Origin: a virus
Reading direction: 5' to 3' (one strand)
Length of the DNA: 38,055 nucleotides
Virus genome (UHGV): UHGV-0022456
The position numbers and the translations under genes are program-made. This document shows positions 24,891-34,480 of the stretch, one piece after another (within the stretch, counting starts at the first letter, position 1; the number at the start of each line of letters is the position of its first letter). The notes beneath the pieces were generated by a model, which had not been told where the DNA came from, did no database searches, and saw only the letters and a list, made by a program, of their open reading frames with translations.

Positions 24891-26363
24891 TTAGATACCC
24901 CCAATTGACCAGGTACCGCGAACAACCCAGCCATCAATGGCGGAGTTCAGCGTTGCCTGATATACGTCGTTGAATGTTGCCTGCCCGGATTTACGCACAG
25001 ATGCAGGAATGCTGTCAGGGTCTGGAAGTGACACGGTGTAATCTTCCAGGATAACCCGGCGGTCTACCGCTCGCTCCAGCCACTCACGAATCAGCGCCTC
25101 AACATCCGTGAACGTTTCCTCATCGAATGCCATCAGCGGCGTGCGGAATGCGTAATTCGCCAGGCTTGCTTGCAGATTGTTATCCACCCAGTCTGCACCC
25201 CACTGAATACGGATTTCACGGTCGGTACAGGTGCGACCCTTATACAGGTGCGTAAACGTTGTGTTCGTGAATGTTTCCACGAAGTTGTAACCCTTAGCAC
25301 GAAGGTTATTCTGCTCTGTTGGGCTTAAGCCTGAGTCGCTGGCAGTGGTCAGGGTTTTATAATCCCACTGCTGCGCGCCCGGGTCAGTCCAGAGCATTCG
25401 CCCAAGAATTGCAGCATCAGGACGCTGACCTGTCATGTCTACACCATTAACCACACCGGTAGGATGATAGATAGCTGACGACCGCTCCATGCTGGTATTG
25501 CGCAACTGATAGCCGATGTCACTCGTTGCAGTATTAAGGACAGCATTCGGGTCGGTAGTCATGAACATGGCCTGAGCCTTGTTCTCCGCGCTCGACTGAA
25601 CCCATTCCGCGATTGTTTTCTGGTCCGCAATAGCACCAGCATTTACGCCAGCGTAGGCATAGAAATAAGCGTTGCCGCCTCGAGCGTAGAAATCATTCAT
25701 TACATCAGGGAATGACTCGCCAATGGTTTGAGCGGTTCCGGCAGTTGACGCCGAGCCAGCAGATGTCGCCAGTTTCATCGCCTGTGACAGATCGGTATCA
25801 CCGCCAGTGATGATGACGCTTGATGTGCTGCCAGTTGTCGCTGAGGTTACGATAAACTGCGCTGTTCCTGCCGCCCATGCAACGGTGGCCACAGGCGTGG
25901 TCTTGTTGTTCAGTTCGGTGGCAACATCATCCATAGAAGCGACACTGGAAAGGTCAACTCCAGTAATGGCCTTTGGCGTGCCGTCGATGGTCAGGCTCAT
26001 AGCGCCATCACTAATGCCGGTGAACTTTGCCAGCTCCTGCTCTTCAGAAGAAAGCACGCCGCCGGTGAGTTTGCCAGCAGTGGCCGGAGTATTGACGGCA
26101 GTCTTGTTCCAGTAAATCACTGCAACGTCAGCAGGTGCGCCACCTTCCTGCGAGAAGTGGGTCTGCAGCCACTTGAACTCAACAGGATGCGACACCGCAT
26201 CAACCTCGTCAGCATAGGAATCAGGAGTGAGGATGCGATAACGCTCACCGCTGAATAAGTCATTGGTTGTGATAAAGCCTGCGCGGTTCAGCACATCGAC
26301 AGTGGCTACTTTATCGTTCAGCAGCGTATCGACCGCGAAACGGCGGCGAATCGGAGTAGGCAT
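24891..26363 (-). CDS. Tail sheath protein (by size and position)
   Basis: 490 aa, Thr/Ala/Gly-rich; sheath-tube-chaperone-tape measure order. Confidence 0.5.
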   Translation of the reverse strand: MPTPIRRRFAVDTLLNDKVATVDVLNRAGFITTNDLFSGERYRILTPDSYADEVDAVSHPVEFKWLQTHFSQEGGAPADVAVIYWNKTAVNTPATAGKLTGGVLSSEEQELAKFTGISDGAMSLTIDGTPKAITGVDLSSVASMDDVATELNNKTTPVATVAWAAGTAQFIVTSATTGSTSSVIITGGDTDLSQAMKLATSAGSASTAGTAQTIGESFPDVMNDFYARGGNAYFYAYAGVNAGAIADQKTIAEWVQSSAENKAQAMFMTTDPNAVLNTATSDIGYQLRNTSMERSSAIYHPTGVVNGVDMTGQRPDAAILGRMLWTDPGAQQWDYKTLTTASDSGLSPTEQNNLRAKGYNFVETFTNTTFTHLYKGRTCTDREIRIQWGADWVDNNLQASLANYAFRTPLMAFDEETFTDVEALIREWLERAVDRRVILEDYTVSLPDPDSIPASVRKSGQATFNDVYQATLNSAIDGWVVRGTWSIGGI

Positions 26364-26413
26364 GTTTAAATCCTCGTTTTGGCAAGTACTTGCCTGGTAA
26401 TAATATCACAGCC

Positions 26414-26941
26414 TCAAGGCGCTGGCGAAACCGGCGCTACTGTTTCAATAGTAAGCACATCGTCAGTTGATACCCACTGCCCTGTGACGTAAAACTGGCG
26501 CAGTCGGTAATCGTCAAATTCCGTCATTGGCGAGATATGGAAAACAACGTCTGACTGCCAGCGGGTGCGGTAAGCCTCATCGCCTAACTCGGAAAGATTT
26601 CTGGCCTGACCGATGGTGATTAGCGCCATGCCTTCAGCCGCTAGTGCGCCGCGCGCCTCATAATAGTTTTTTAGTCCATGAAGCCCCATCAGCAAAGAGT
26701 GCCCGCCGGGGCCATAAGCATTGACGCTAACGGTTAGCTCTGAGTGGAACCAGTTTGTTTCCGTGAATGTCTCGTTATCTGACTGCAACACTCGCTTCTT
26801 CATCGGGCTGCGCTGCGGGATGATCGCCATTGGCTGAAACGTCATGTATACGCCAGTTGGACGCGGACCGTTGTATGGCGCTTGCTTAACGACAGGAGTG
26901 AGGCGCTTAAGGAGTGCAGTCAATGCTGATTCAATGCTCAC
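26414..26941 (-). CDS. Neck / tail completion protein (hypothetical)
   Basis: 175 aa between capsid and sheath genes. Confidence 0.35.
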   Translation of the reverse strand: MSIESALTALLKRLTPVVKQAPYNGPRPTGVYMTFQPMAIIPQRSPMKKRVLQSDNETFTETNWFHSELTVSVNAYGPGGHSLLMGLHGLKNYYEARGALAAEGMALITIGQARNLSELGDEAYRTRWQSDVVFHISPMTEFDDYRLRQFYVTGQWVSTDDVLTIETVAPVSPAP

Positions 26942-27330
26942 ACGTCCCCCTGAATTTTTCGCACGGTGGCCTTGTAATAGTTGCCGAGGATGTCGCGGGT
27001 TTCCACCTTGATAACCTCGTATTCCTGACCTTCAAACTGGAAGCGGTCAGCATTAACCTCATCAGTCCTGACGCGAACCGGAAAGGAGGTATAAATCTTC
27101 TGGATGTCCTGAATCTTCTGCCCGTCCGTGAACTGCATCAGCTCCTTTTCATTCAGTGGCTGCGGCGGCATTCCCTGGATTGTTTGCGTGGTCGATGTGC
27201 CGGGAACGTAAACCCCTTCGGCATTATCAGCCCCGGCAGAATATCTGATAAGGGTGTAATCAATAAACTGATCGCCCCATACCTGATTAAAATCAAATAG
27301 CATTATTCCTCCGGCTTGACGTATGCCCAT
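26938..27330 (-). CDS. Neck / head-tail joining protein (hypothetical)
   Basis: 130 aa; overlapping frames in structural operon. Confidence 0.35.
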   Translation of the reverse strand: MGIRQAGGIMLFDFNQVWGDQFIDYTLIRYSAGADNAEGVYVPGTSTTQTIQGMPPQPLNEKELMQFTDGQKIQDIQKIYTSFPVRVRTDEVNADRFQFEGQEYEVIKVETRDILGNYYKATVRKIQGDV

Positions 27331-27833
27331 CGAATTGAGCTGACCAGTTGACCGGTGTCAACCAGTGGGTTATCTGATTTCTTCTTCTCAATGGTGCTTT
27401 GTGCGTTTGGCGGTGACTTCAGTTGCACGATTGCCTGCTGAACATCCTGTTGCGCAACCTCGCCAAGCCTGCCCATTGCCTGCCGCAGGTTATAATTCTC
27501 TTCATTCATCACGCGAGCGGTAATCTTGCCGAGAATCTGGATGTACTTCACTTTCTCTTTCGCAAATGTCGGTCTCAGCGTCGGGCGCTCAGGAATACGC
27601 GATGTGCCGAACTCGTTCCACCAGTACACCTCTGCGACCGTTTCCCCCGTGGCATGTCCCTGCTCATCCTTGTGCGCTCCAGCGTCACTATGAACCCCAA
27701 CAGCTACAGCGTGCGCGCCAATGCGGCGCTGAATATCACGTATGGCGTTAGGATTGCGGATCACCAGCCTATTTCTAGCAGCCATACAGATTCGCCGATT
27801 GAGTGAGGTACGGACCAGCGCCAAAGATGGCAA
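27303..27833 (-). CDS. Head-tail connector-like protein (hypothetical)
   Basis: 176 aa; structural operon position. Confidence 0.35.
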   Translation of the reverse strand: MPSLALVRTSLNRRICMAARNRLVIRNPNAIRDIQRRIGAHAVAVGVHSDAGAHKDEQGHATGETVAEVYWWNEFGTSRIPERPTLRPTFAKEKVKYIQILGKITARVMNEENYNLRQAMGRLGEVAQQDVQQAIVQLKSPPNAQSTIEKKKSDNPLVDTGQLVSSIRWAYVKPEE

Positions 27834-28164
27834 TCAGGTTTTTGAACATCTGCCCGTAGGTTGTGCCATCCCACATTGAGCCGTCCGAGCCAACGCCAAT
27901 TGCCTGCCCTGATACGCTGACGTCACCAACCGATCGCCCGGTAGTGACTACTGTTACTGCTCCGCCACCAGACTGACCAGTGGTCAGGTTGTAATTTGTC
28001 GCCAGCATGTGCGCCACATAGTAACCCTGCAGCGCGTCGTAATATTCACCATAGAATCCGGTATATAAAACCGTGAACTCAGCAAGGTATCGCTGAATCA
28101 CTGCATCCGGTACGTTAACAAATTCGGGGTATGAAGCCCGGAATTGCGCAAGGTCTAGTGCCAT
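27775..28164 (-). CDS. Head completion protein (hypothetical)
   Basis: 129 aa; structural operon position. Confidence 0.35.
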   Translation of the reverse strand: MALDLAQFRASYPEFVNVPDAVIQRYLAEFTVLYTGFYGEYYDALQGYYVAHMLATNYNLTTGQSGGGAVTVVTTGRSVGDVSVSGQAIGVGSDGSMWDGTTYGQMFKNLIAIFGAGPYLTQSANLYGC

Positions 28165-28221
28165 ATTCCACCTGTAAAAAAGGGACGCCGCAGCATCCCT
28201 TTATTTTAACACGTCACCGGA

Positions 28222-28404
28222 TTATTTCTTAATCACGATGTGACCGGCATCAACGAGGTGCTTTTCGTTGCTTTCGATGAACGCCAGTTGCTCGGCAGTC
28301 ACTTCGGTTTCAACGCCAGGAAGCAGGCGCAGGTCGCCGGAATAGTGAATGTTTGCGCGCTGGTTGGTAACGGTCACTTTCTTGGTTGCTTTTACTTCAG
28401 CCAT
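28222..28404 (-). CDS. Small structural protein (60 aa)
   Basis: Immediately downstream of major capsid gene. Confidence 0.4.
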   Translation of the reverse strand: MAEVKATKKVTVTNQRANIHYSGDLRLLPGVETEVTAEQLAFIESNEKHLVDAGHIVIKK

Positions 28405-28406
28405 GA

Positions 28407-29435
28407 TTAAATCCCTTTGGTTACAGTCACGGACAGCGGGAAGTATACCACAACGCCAGCGGTTGCCAGGTAGCCATCCACCACGGTTGCCAGGTTGCGA
28501 GCTTCTGGCGGCATCATGGTAAACGGTTTTGGAACCTCAACGCCGAGTTTCTCGGAATCGTTGCGATAGTGAATCATCGCGCTGGTAGTCTGGCCAGTTC
28601 CCTTCGGCCCTAACCACTCCACGGTTTCAACCGTGATTTCCGGATAGGATTTCTTGAAGCGCTCCATCGCATTCTCGCCGGTGTTATCGGTGAAGAATGT
28701 GGTGCGGGCACGCTCATAGCTCGCAGAGGTCATGACGACGGTATCAGGACGCTCAGCGCCAAGTGTGTCTGTCGCCTGCTGGGTGATTGGGTAAACCAGG
28801 TCAGCATAGATTTCTTCCGCAGTTTTATCCGCCCAGGTCGATTTAGTAGACGCGCCGTTTGGTGCGGTGCGAGTGGTAACGTTCGGAGCGTTATACAGGC
28901 CGGTCAGGCCAGTTTCAGCATCACCAACCCAGATAATCTGGTCCAGCTTCTGCTCTGCTGCATTTCGGATCGCCATACCCTTACGGTCAACGATATTCAT
29001 GCCGGCAACGGTCGCTTTGGCGATTTCAAATACGCTGTAAATAATCGAGCCACCAAATGCACGGATGTTTACAACCATCTTCTCGCCAGTAACCTCGATG
29101 TTTGGCAGGTCGTCGGCGTAGTTGGTGATGTGCTCCAGCATACCAACGCGGTCAGCGACAACGTAGGCAAACTCTTCAGCACCGAATGGAGCTTCGTTCT
29201 GCATAGGCAGCAGGTTTTTACCCTTGAATTGCGGGTATGCCTTCTCGCGGATGCGGTTGGACATCGCCTGAAGCTGTTGTGCAAAGATGACACCGGTTGC
29301 GGCATCAGCACGGAAGCCAAGCTGTTGCACATCCAGTGCCTTAGATACCAGGTTCGCCAGCATGGTAGGGGTGGTTTCCCAGCCCGCATCCAGCTTCACG
29401 CCCTTAAGATGGTCCAGTCGTAAATTGATATTCAT
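28407..29435 (-). CDS. Major capsid protein
   Basis: 342 aa; follows scaffold and small structural gene, precedes neck genes; family not verified. Confidence 0.7.
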   Translation of the reverse strand: MNINLRLDHLKGVKLDAGWETTPTMLANLVSKALDVQQLGFRADAATGVIFAQQLQAMSNRIREKAYPQFKGKNLLPMQNEAPFGAEEFAYVVADRVGMLEHITNYADDLPNIEVTGEKMVVNIRAFGGSIIYSVFEIAKATVAGMNIVDRKGMAIRNAAEQKLDQIIWVGDAETGLTGLYNAPNVTTRTAPNGASTKSTWADKTAEEIYADLVYPITQQATDTLGAERPDTVVMTSASYERARTTFFTDNTGENAMERFKKSYPEITVETVEWLGPKGTGQTTSAMIHYRNDSEKLGVEVPKPFTMMPPEARNLATVVDGYLATAGVVVYFPLSVTVTKGI

Positions 29436-29447
29436 TATTATCCCCTG

Positions 29448-29918
29448 TTAGGCAGCTGGTGTGGTGGCAGGTTTCAGGTTGACAATCGCAACGCCTGCAC
29501 CAGTAGTGGAGGTGTCGAAGATGCCGACCGGACGCGTTGCTGCTGAGGCTGCAACATTGGTGAAGCCAGTGCCATTGGTGAGAGCGTAGGCCAGTTCACC
29601 CTGCTTCACGGCAACAGTTACCGGAACCCACACCGGGCCATCGGTCACGACAGAAACGTCTTTGCCGATTGCGTGAACCTGCTCTGTTGCGCCATCAGCG
29701 GCAACCCAGGTGGCTTCCCAGCGAACCACGCCGATAACCACATCGTCGGCAGCAGATACCGGTTTAACTTTGTGGTCGTTGTTATCACGCACAGCGGCCT
29801 GACCTGCGTTGATAGCAGCAGATGCGATGCGGCTGACTGTCTGCGTCAATCGTGCGTCCGCAACCATGCCAGGGGCATACGGCTGTGGAGTTAAGGAGTA
29901 GGTGTTATTGAGCGCCAT
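29448..29918 (-). CDS. Capsid-associated structural protein (decoration-like, hypothetical)
   Basis: 156 aa Ala/Val/Thr-rich, between scaffold and capsid genes. Confidence 0.4.
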   Translation of the reverse strand: MALNNTYSLTPQPYAPGMVADARLTQTVSRIASAAINAGQAAVRDNNDHKVKPVSAADDVVIGVVRWEATWVAADGATEQVHAIGKDVSVVTDGPVWVPVTVAVKQGELAYALTNGTGFTNVAASAATRPVGIFDTSTTGAGVAIVNLKPATTPAA

Positions 29919-31183
29919 TATGCTTTCCCCGCGTAGAATTTAGCGTTGTATGCGGCCTGTCCAGACTCTTCGCGAGAGTTGAACACACCATCAAGATTCA
30001 GACCCTGGCGCTGAGTGCGCAGGCTATCGGTGCGATTCTTCAGGCCATCTACTGCGGCATCGAATCGACCGCTGATATAGGCATCGGACTTGCCATCAGC
30101 ATTGAAGCCGGATTTTGCGGCAATGAGCGCTTCAACCTGAATTTCGCGAGCGGTTTTCACGCGCTTGCCATCCATGTGGCTGATTCCAGGTTTCAGTTTT
30201 TTGGCATCCTCGATGATTCGCAGCATTTTGCTGAGGGAGTCGGTTTTCTGCTCCGGGTCGGTGTCTTCATCCACCTTGTCCGGGTCTTCTTCATCCATTA
30301 AGGAATCAGGAGTGTCGCCGTTTACCGCGTCAGCCAGTTCATCAAGCTGAGCCTGGAGGGTGTCTACCGCTTCGGAAACGCTGGCTACTGCGTTCTCAAC
30401 CGCAGGAACATCGACTTCTACCACTTCTTTGTTCTCGTCGTCGGCATCTTTAATGATGTCGTCAGCGTCTAGCTTAAGTTTCGGAGCGATGGCTTTGACC
30501 AGCTTTTTAAGTTGACCTGTAGCGGAATCAAGGCGCTTGCCCTGCTTCGCCAGCGCCGCGTTGATGGTCGCTGCTGTAGCTGCGTCTGCAACTTCAACAG
30601 TGCCGCCGCCGGGCAGTTTGATTTGAGTCATTGATTTATCCTCGTTATTCGGCACATTTGCGCCATCAAAACGCAGTGAACAGATTGAGCCTCCTCGCGC
30701 GGCATCCACGATGGCCTGATGGTTATAACGCCGATTGCGCTGAACACGGTCATACTTCTGGCCCTGCCATTCACCCGGCGTCTCATCGAGGTCAACGGAA
30801 TAACCCGGAGAAAGCTCACATACACCGTCGTATTCTACCGCATGTAAAGCCTCGTTGCCAATTACCAGCATTGACGCGACAAGATTGTCACCGTCACGCT
30901 TTGGCATCCCGTTAACGCTGCCCTGTGAATACTCTTTGTAATTGGATGGCGTAATCATTACGGGAGGGTGCTGCAAAGTCACCGGAGCGCCAGCCAAGGA
31001 CTTTAGCGATTCCTCATCAAACAACGTTTCCTCTGGCACAAATTCACGGATAATCGTGCCATCTTCTTCCATATATTCAAGAATGCCGACATGCGCCACC
31101 ACGCCATCAATGCGCAGGTATCCGTTTTCGTCAATCTTTGAGGTTATGCGACCGCCCTTGTCGATGCGATAATCTTTTCTCAT
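29918..31183 (-). CDS. Capsid scaffolding / maturation protein (DUF2213-like N-terminus)
   Basis: 421 aa; highly acidic coiled-coil C-terminal half (DEEDPDKVDEDTDPEQ); upstream of capsid gene. Confidence 0.55.
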   Translation of the reverse strand: MRKDYRIDKGGRITSKIDENGYLRIDGVVAHVGILEYMEEDGTIIREFVPEETLFDEESLKSLAGAPVTLQHPPVMITPSNYKEYSQGSVNGMPKRDGDNLVASMLVIGNEALHAVEYDGVCELSPGYSVDLDETPGEWQGQKYDRVQRNRRYNHQAIVDAARGGSICSLRFDGANVPNNEDKSMTQIKLPGGGTVEVADAATAATINAALAKQGKRLDSATGQLKKLVKAIAPKLKLDADDIIKDADDENKEVVEVDVPAVENAVASVSEAVDTLQAQLDELADAVNGDTPDSLMDEEDPDKVDEDTDPEQKTDSLSKMLRIIEDAKKLKPGISHMDGKRVKTAREIQVEALIAAKSGFNADGKSDAYISGRFDAAVDGLKNRTDSLRTQRQGLNLDGVFNSREESGQAAYNAKFYAGKA

Positions 31184-31195
31184 TTAAATTTCTCT

Positions 31196-32041
31196 TTAAA
31201 ATTCAATGACGTTAGCAGCGTAACACCTGCAGTTTATTGCCTGCCCAGGGAATTTGTCGCGAGCACCAGCACCATCAGACCAGTTGTACGTCTTGCCGTT
31301 ACGCGCATAATGCGACGGCTTAGCTTTCGGGTAAAGCCCTGACGGATTTCCTCGCACCCGCTGGTCTTCCATCGTGCGCCAGACGAATTGTTTGATTTCC
31401 AGGTCTGCCGCACGTTGCTTCGTGACCTGCATATTCATGGTGGCAACCTGGTCGCGGGCAATCAGGTCGGCGCGTCGTTTCGCAACCCCGGTTTCGGCCC
31501 GAATGTTTTTGCTGATGTCACGCCATGACAGGCCATCACGGAATCCTGAGTTAACGGCAGTTGTAATCTTGCTCAAATAACTTTGCGTCAGATTAGTAAT
31601 CAACGCCGTGTTTTCCTCAGCCCATGCGTCAATGTTGGCGCTCATGTCGGTTCCGGGCAGTGCCACGTTGACACCGATAGCTTGGTTGATCGCTTTCTGC
31701 CAGTTTCCGTCAATTGCTGAACGAATAGAGTCGCCAATGTTGCGCACGAATGACAGTCCCGGAATATTACCCGTAGCCAGAGAGCGAATAGCCCGCAGAA
31801 CCGCCGACAGGTCATCAGCCCGATAACCATCCTTACGCGCCGCAATCTCTGCTTTTAATTCATCAGCAATGCGGGTTTTTAGTTCGGCATTAATGCCATC
31901 AATGATGCCGCGCAGCATCTTCGCGTACTGCTGTTCAATCCGTACAGGGTGACGGGCTGGCAGCAGGACTTTACGCTTCCGCTTGTCCGGCTTCAGTGCT
32001 TCCAGTTGTTTCTGAAATTCCGTTCGTGCCATTTTCGCCAC
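31196..32041 (-). CDS. Head morphogenesis protein (Mu F / SPP1 gp7 family)
   Basis: 281 aa; conserved C-terminal HYARNGKTYNWSDG...QAINCRCY; directly downstream of portal. Confidence 0.75.
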   Translation of the reverse strand: MAKMARTEFQKQLEALKPDKRKRKVLLPARHPVRIEQQYAKMLRGIIDGINAELKTRIADELKAEIAARKDGYRADDLSAVLRAIRSLATGNIPGLSFVRNIGDSIRSAIDGNWQKAINQAIGVNVALPGTDMSANIDAWAEENTALITNLTQSYLSKITTAVNSGFRDGLSWRDISKNIRAETGVAKRRADLIARDQVATMNMQVTKQRAADLEIKQFVWRTMEDQRVRGNPSGLYPKAKPSHYARNGKTYNWSDGAGARDKFPGQAINCRCYAANVIEF

Positions 32042-33359
32042 CGAGTAAGTTAAGACCTAACAGGTCATCATTCGAATTGCCATCATCTTCCGGCAACTCT
32101 TCCAGAGAGAACAGGCCTGAGTCGTTAGCCAGGTTGCGCACCTCGTTAGGCGTGAGCGCCGCAGATTGCTCAAGCGTTGAAATTGCCGTCGCAACCGATG
32201 CCATCGACGTTGCTTTCTTGTCTGGTGACATAGCACTAAGCTCTGCCCACTTCCAGTCAAAGTCCAGTCCAGTCTGCATCTTCACGTTATCAATACATGA
32301 CTGCACCAGCGCAGACGGATCCCCTTCCTGAATCGCGGCAATCTTGTCGTAGTAAACCGACAGGATTTCTTCCTGGCTGGCGTTGAGGCCTGCCGGAGAT
32401 TTGCCGAACAGCATCATCTCAGAAAGGCCGGTCGCGCCAGCTACCGCAGTGGCAAAGCGGTCAACGAAGTCGGGGATGCCCTGGAGTGAGCGGTTAACGA
32501 ACTCGAACTTCTCTTCTTTGTCGACAACCGCCGCCCGGTAGATGGACTTGCCCTGATTGAAGGCGTTTGCACGGTTCATGACCGCCTGAGATGCCGTCAT
32601 GCCCATTGATTGTGCCGCTGTCAGGTTTGGCACGGAAAGGATGCCAACCCCTGACTCTTTCAGCAGGAATGATGCATCCTGCAGTGTCTCGTTATATGCG
32701 GCAATTGCCGACCATGCCATCGCTACATATGAGCCACCCCATCCCTGCAATTCAATCTGGGTATCGTATGGAACCGGGCAGCCATAGAAAGGCGCAATGC
32801 GGTCACGGTGATACGTCACGCCGTTGCGAGCCACATAATTAAGCGCGCGCCCATAATGCGGGGATTCAGGGTCAAGGTCGATTTCATCAACGCTTAATGA
32901 CCAGCGGTCTAGCGGTACCAGGTCGATGATGGCCGCTGTTTCTGATGGAGGTGATTCTGGCGGGCGAGAATCGTCATAAACCTTCAGCACACCAGCGCCA
33001 CCGAACAGGCGGGACCAGGCGATACCCTTTCGCACGGATGCACGCAGTCCCATCTCGTCCAGCATGGACTCGATGCGCTTTTTGTCCTCGCCATCCACCC
33101 CTGTTATTTCGATAAACTTACGGGTGGCGTCCTCAGCGGGAAGGTCACAGATTTTACGCGCCAGCCAGTCAGACAGATAGATATTAGTCAGCACCTGCTG
33201 ATTGTTATGCAGCAAATGCGAGAATGCAGGTGACAGAACCTGCCCGAGGCTCTTATCGATGCCCGGCATACCCTGCCCGGAGATGGGGTTAGCCCACGCA
33301 TCCACGCGGTACGACAGACTGCCGTCATTGTGCAGCTTTAGGTGAGGCTTCTTGGCCAT
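31971..33359 (-). CDS. Portal protein
   Basis: 462 aa with acidic C-terminal tail (EELPEDDGNSNDD); immediately upstream of MuF-like gene; overlaps MuF-like ORF by about 70 nt. Confidence 0.7.
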   Translation of the reverse strand: MAKKPHLKLHNDGSLSYRVDAWANPISGQGMPGIDKSLGQVLSPAFSHLLHNNQQVLTNIYLSDWLARKICDLPAEDATRKFIEITGVDGEDKKRIESMLDEMGLRASVRKGIAWSRLFGGAGVLKVYDDSRPPESPPSETAAIIDLVPLDRWSLSVDEIDLDPESPHYGRALNYVARNGVTYHRDRIAPFYGCPVPYDTQIELQGWGGSYVAMAWSAIAAYNETLQDASFLLKESGVGILSVPNLTAAQSMGMTASQAVMNRANAFNQGKSIYRAAVVDKEEKFEFVNRSLQGIPDFVDRFATAVAGATGLSEMMLFGKSPAGLNASQEEILSVYYDKIAAIQEGDPSALVQSCIDNVKMQTGLDFDWKWAELSAMSPDKKATSMASVATAISTLEQSAALTPNEVRNLANDSGLFSLEELPEDDGNSNDDLLGLNLLGGENGTNGISETTGSTEAGQAEA

Positions 33360-33410
33360 TATGAATCCCTCATGAAGTTAAAGTCAGTATATCACGGAGG
33401 ATTGGATAAG

Positions 33411-33431
33411 AAAAAACCCGCCGGAGCGGGT
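33411..33431 (-). terminator. Rho-independent terminator after tRNA-like gene
   Basis: Minus strand ACCCGC-TCCG-GCGGG followed by TTTTTT. Confidence 0.6.
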
Positions 33432-33440
33432 CTTATGATT

Positions 33441-33515
33441 TGGCGGGAAGGCATGGACTCGAACCATGATAAAAGAGTTAACAGCTCTCCGTAATAACCT
33501 TTATACGACCTACCC
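33441..33515 (-). tRNA. tRNA-Asn (anticodon GTT) candidate, phage-encoded
   Basis: Hand-folded cloverleaf: acceptor GGGTAGG/CCTTCCC (one U-U mismatch), D-loop with GG, anticodon stem GAGAG/CTCTT, loop CTGTTAA, T-arm CATGG-TTCGAGT-CCATG, discriminator G, encoded CCA. Confidence 0.55.
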
Positions 33516-33545
33516 GTTGCTGGTTTAAGCATTGCCAGCATGCTT

Positions 33546-33626
33546 CTTAATATCCAGCCCCGTAATCCCTGCATACCCCTACACATGATTGCGGAAAATT
33601 GTTTTCAATTAATGCTGGATATTAAG
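33546..33626. repeat. Perfect 13-bp inverted repeat flanking a 55-bp spacer
   Basis: CTTAATATCCAGC (33546-33558) and GCTGGATATTAAG (33614-33626); noncoding stretch upstream of tRNA. Confidence 0.5.
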
Positions 33627-33735
33627 TGTTGTGTGCCGGTCTTTCCCGTCTGTCATTTACACCACAACGGGGTCAGCGTTGCTTTGAGGCTATCCAATGC
33701 TAGCAAGGTTAGTATTGCCAAATCGTGGAGCTATG

Positions 33736-34011
33736 TCAATCTATTGGTTTCCCCAGTGCGTGCATATCCCCGGATGATTTCGATAATATATCAGCCAGCC
33801 TTCCGAGCTGCCCAGCTATGTCAGATAGATTTTCATTTATCTGCTGTATTTCCTCTTTCAGTGTTGAGCCGCCACCGTAAGGAGTCATGCCAAGCTGCAT
33901 GGCTATAGCCTCAAGAAACTTCGGGGTGTCGTCGCTATCGGTAACACCAAGCCCGCGAGAAATCACGGACACCAATGAATGCAGGTCTTCATTTGTTGTT
34001 TTGTTTTTCAT
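33736..34011 (-). CDS. Hypothetical protein (91 aa)
   Basis: ORF downstream of Arc-like ORF; acidic, Gly-rich centre. Confidence 0.45.
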   Translation of the reverse strand: MKNKTTNEDLHSLVSVISRGLGVTDSDDTPKFLEAIAMQLGMTPYGGGSTLKEEIQQINENLSDIAGQLGRLADILSKSSGDMHALGKPID

Positions 34012-34153
34012 TTTTTCTTTCCATTCTGATGATGTAGTCTGTCACTATGATGTCAAGCATAGAAGGGGCAGACCTGTTATCTTCAGCTGCAAGCCTTCTA
34101 ATCTTGTCCAGCGTCGTTCTTCTGATTGTCATTGAAGCGAAGTTTGGATGCAT
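33989..34153 (-). CDS. Arc-like ribbon-helix-helix DNA-binding protein (54 aa), not in ORF track
   Basis: ATG at 34153 with GGTGA SD; MTIRRTTLDKIRRLAAEDNRSAPSMLDIIVTDYI parallels P22 Arc (LDLVRKVAEENGRSVNSEIYQRV). Confidence 0.45.
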   Translation of the reverse strand: MHPNFASMTIRRTTLDKIRRLAAEDNRSAPSMLDIIVTDYIIRMERKNEKQNNK

Positions 34154-34158
34154 TGCTG

Positions 34159-34356
34159 TCACCACTGCTTCAGCATGGCAATGGCAACCCTCAGGCGGAG
34201 TATCGCAAGCGGCTCAAACCTGAAAGTCCTGACGTGGTAATATCTGGCGCAAGAGTTTAGCTCATCCCTGGTGTTTAACTTAGGCTTTCTGTCAGCGGGA
34301 ATTTGCTTCTGAACCATTTCTGCAAATTCACAGATTAAATCTTTGTTGGCACCCAT
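34159..34356 (-). CDS. Hypothetical protein (65 aa)
   Basis: ORF just downstream of palindrome-rich region 34382-34464. Confidence 0.4.
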   Translation of the reverse strand: MGANKDLICEFAEMVQKQIPADRKPKLNTRDELNSCARYYHVRTFRFEPLAILRLRVAIAMLKQW

Positions 34357-34381
34357 TGTGGTAATGTCTCACTATTTGATT

Positions 34382-34464
34382 AAAAATAACGCCGATGTTG
34401 GCAGCACCGGCGAATGTTTAAAACGTTTTGGCATTCAATTCTTTTGGTGTTACTAGCACCAAAA
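34382..34464 (-). promoter_or_regulatory. Palindrome-rich control region (candidate operators and weak terminator)
   Basis: 10-bp palindrome AAAACGTTTT (34420-34429); inverted repeat TTTTGGTG-7nt-CACCAAAA (34442-34464); minus-strand hairpin CGCCG..CGGCG (34390-34412) plus TTATTTTT. Confidence 0.4.
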
Positions 34465-34480
34465 TAAAAGGAGTATGGTT

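Noticed and set aside
25807-26115. 102-aa + strand ORF inside the sheath gene
   Set aside because: Antisense to a 490-aa structural gene; Ala/Val-rich translation typical of a GC-rich antisense frame.
33441-33515. tRNA-like sequence as a prophage attachment site or boundary
   Set aside because: A complete cloverleaf is present rather than a 3' fragment, phage genes continue on both sides, and no integrase is in the window.
33736-34153. Arc-like ORF plus downstream 91-aa ORF as a toxin-antitoxin pair
   Set aside because: The 91-aa protein shows no RelE/ParE-like features (acidic, Gly-rich); a regulatory module is the more conservative reading.
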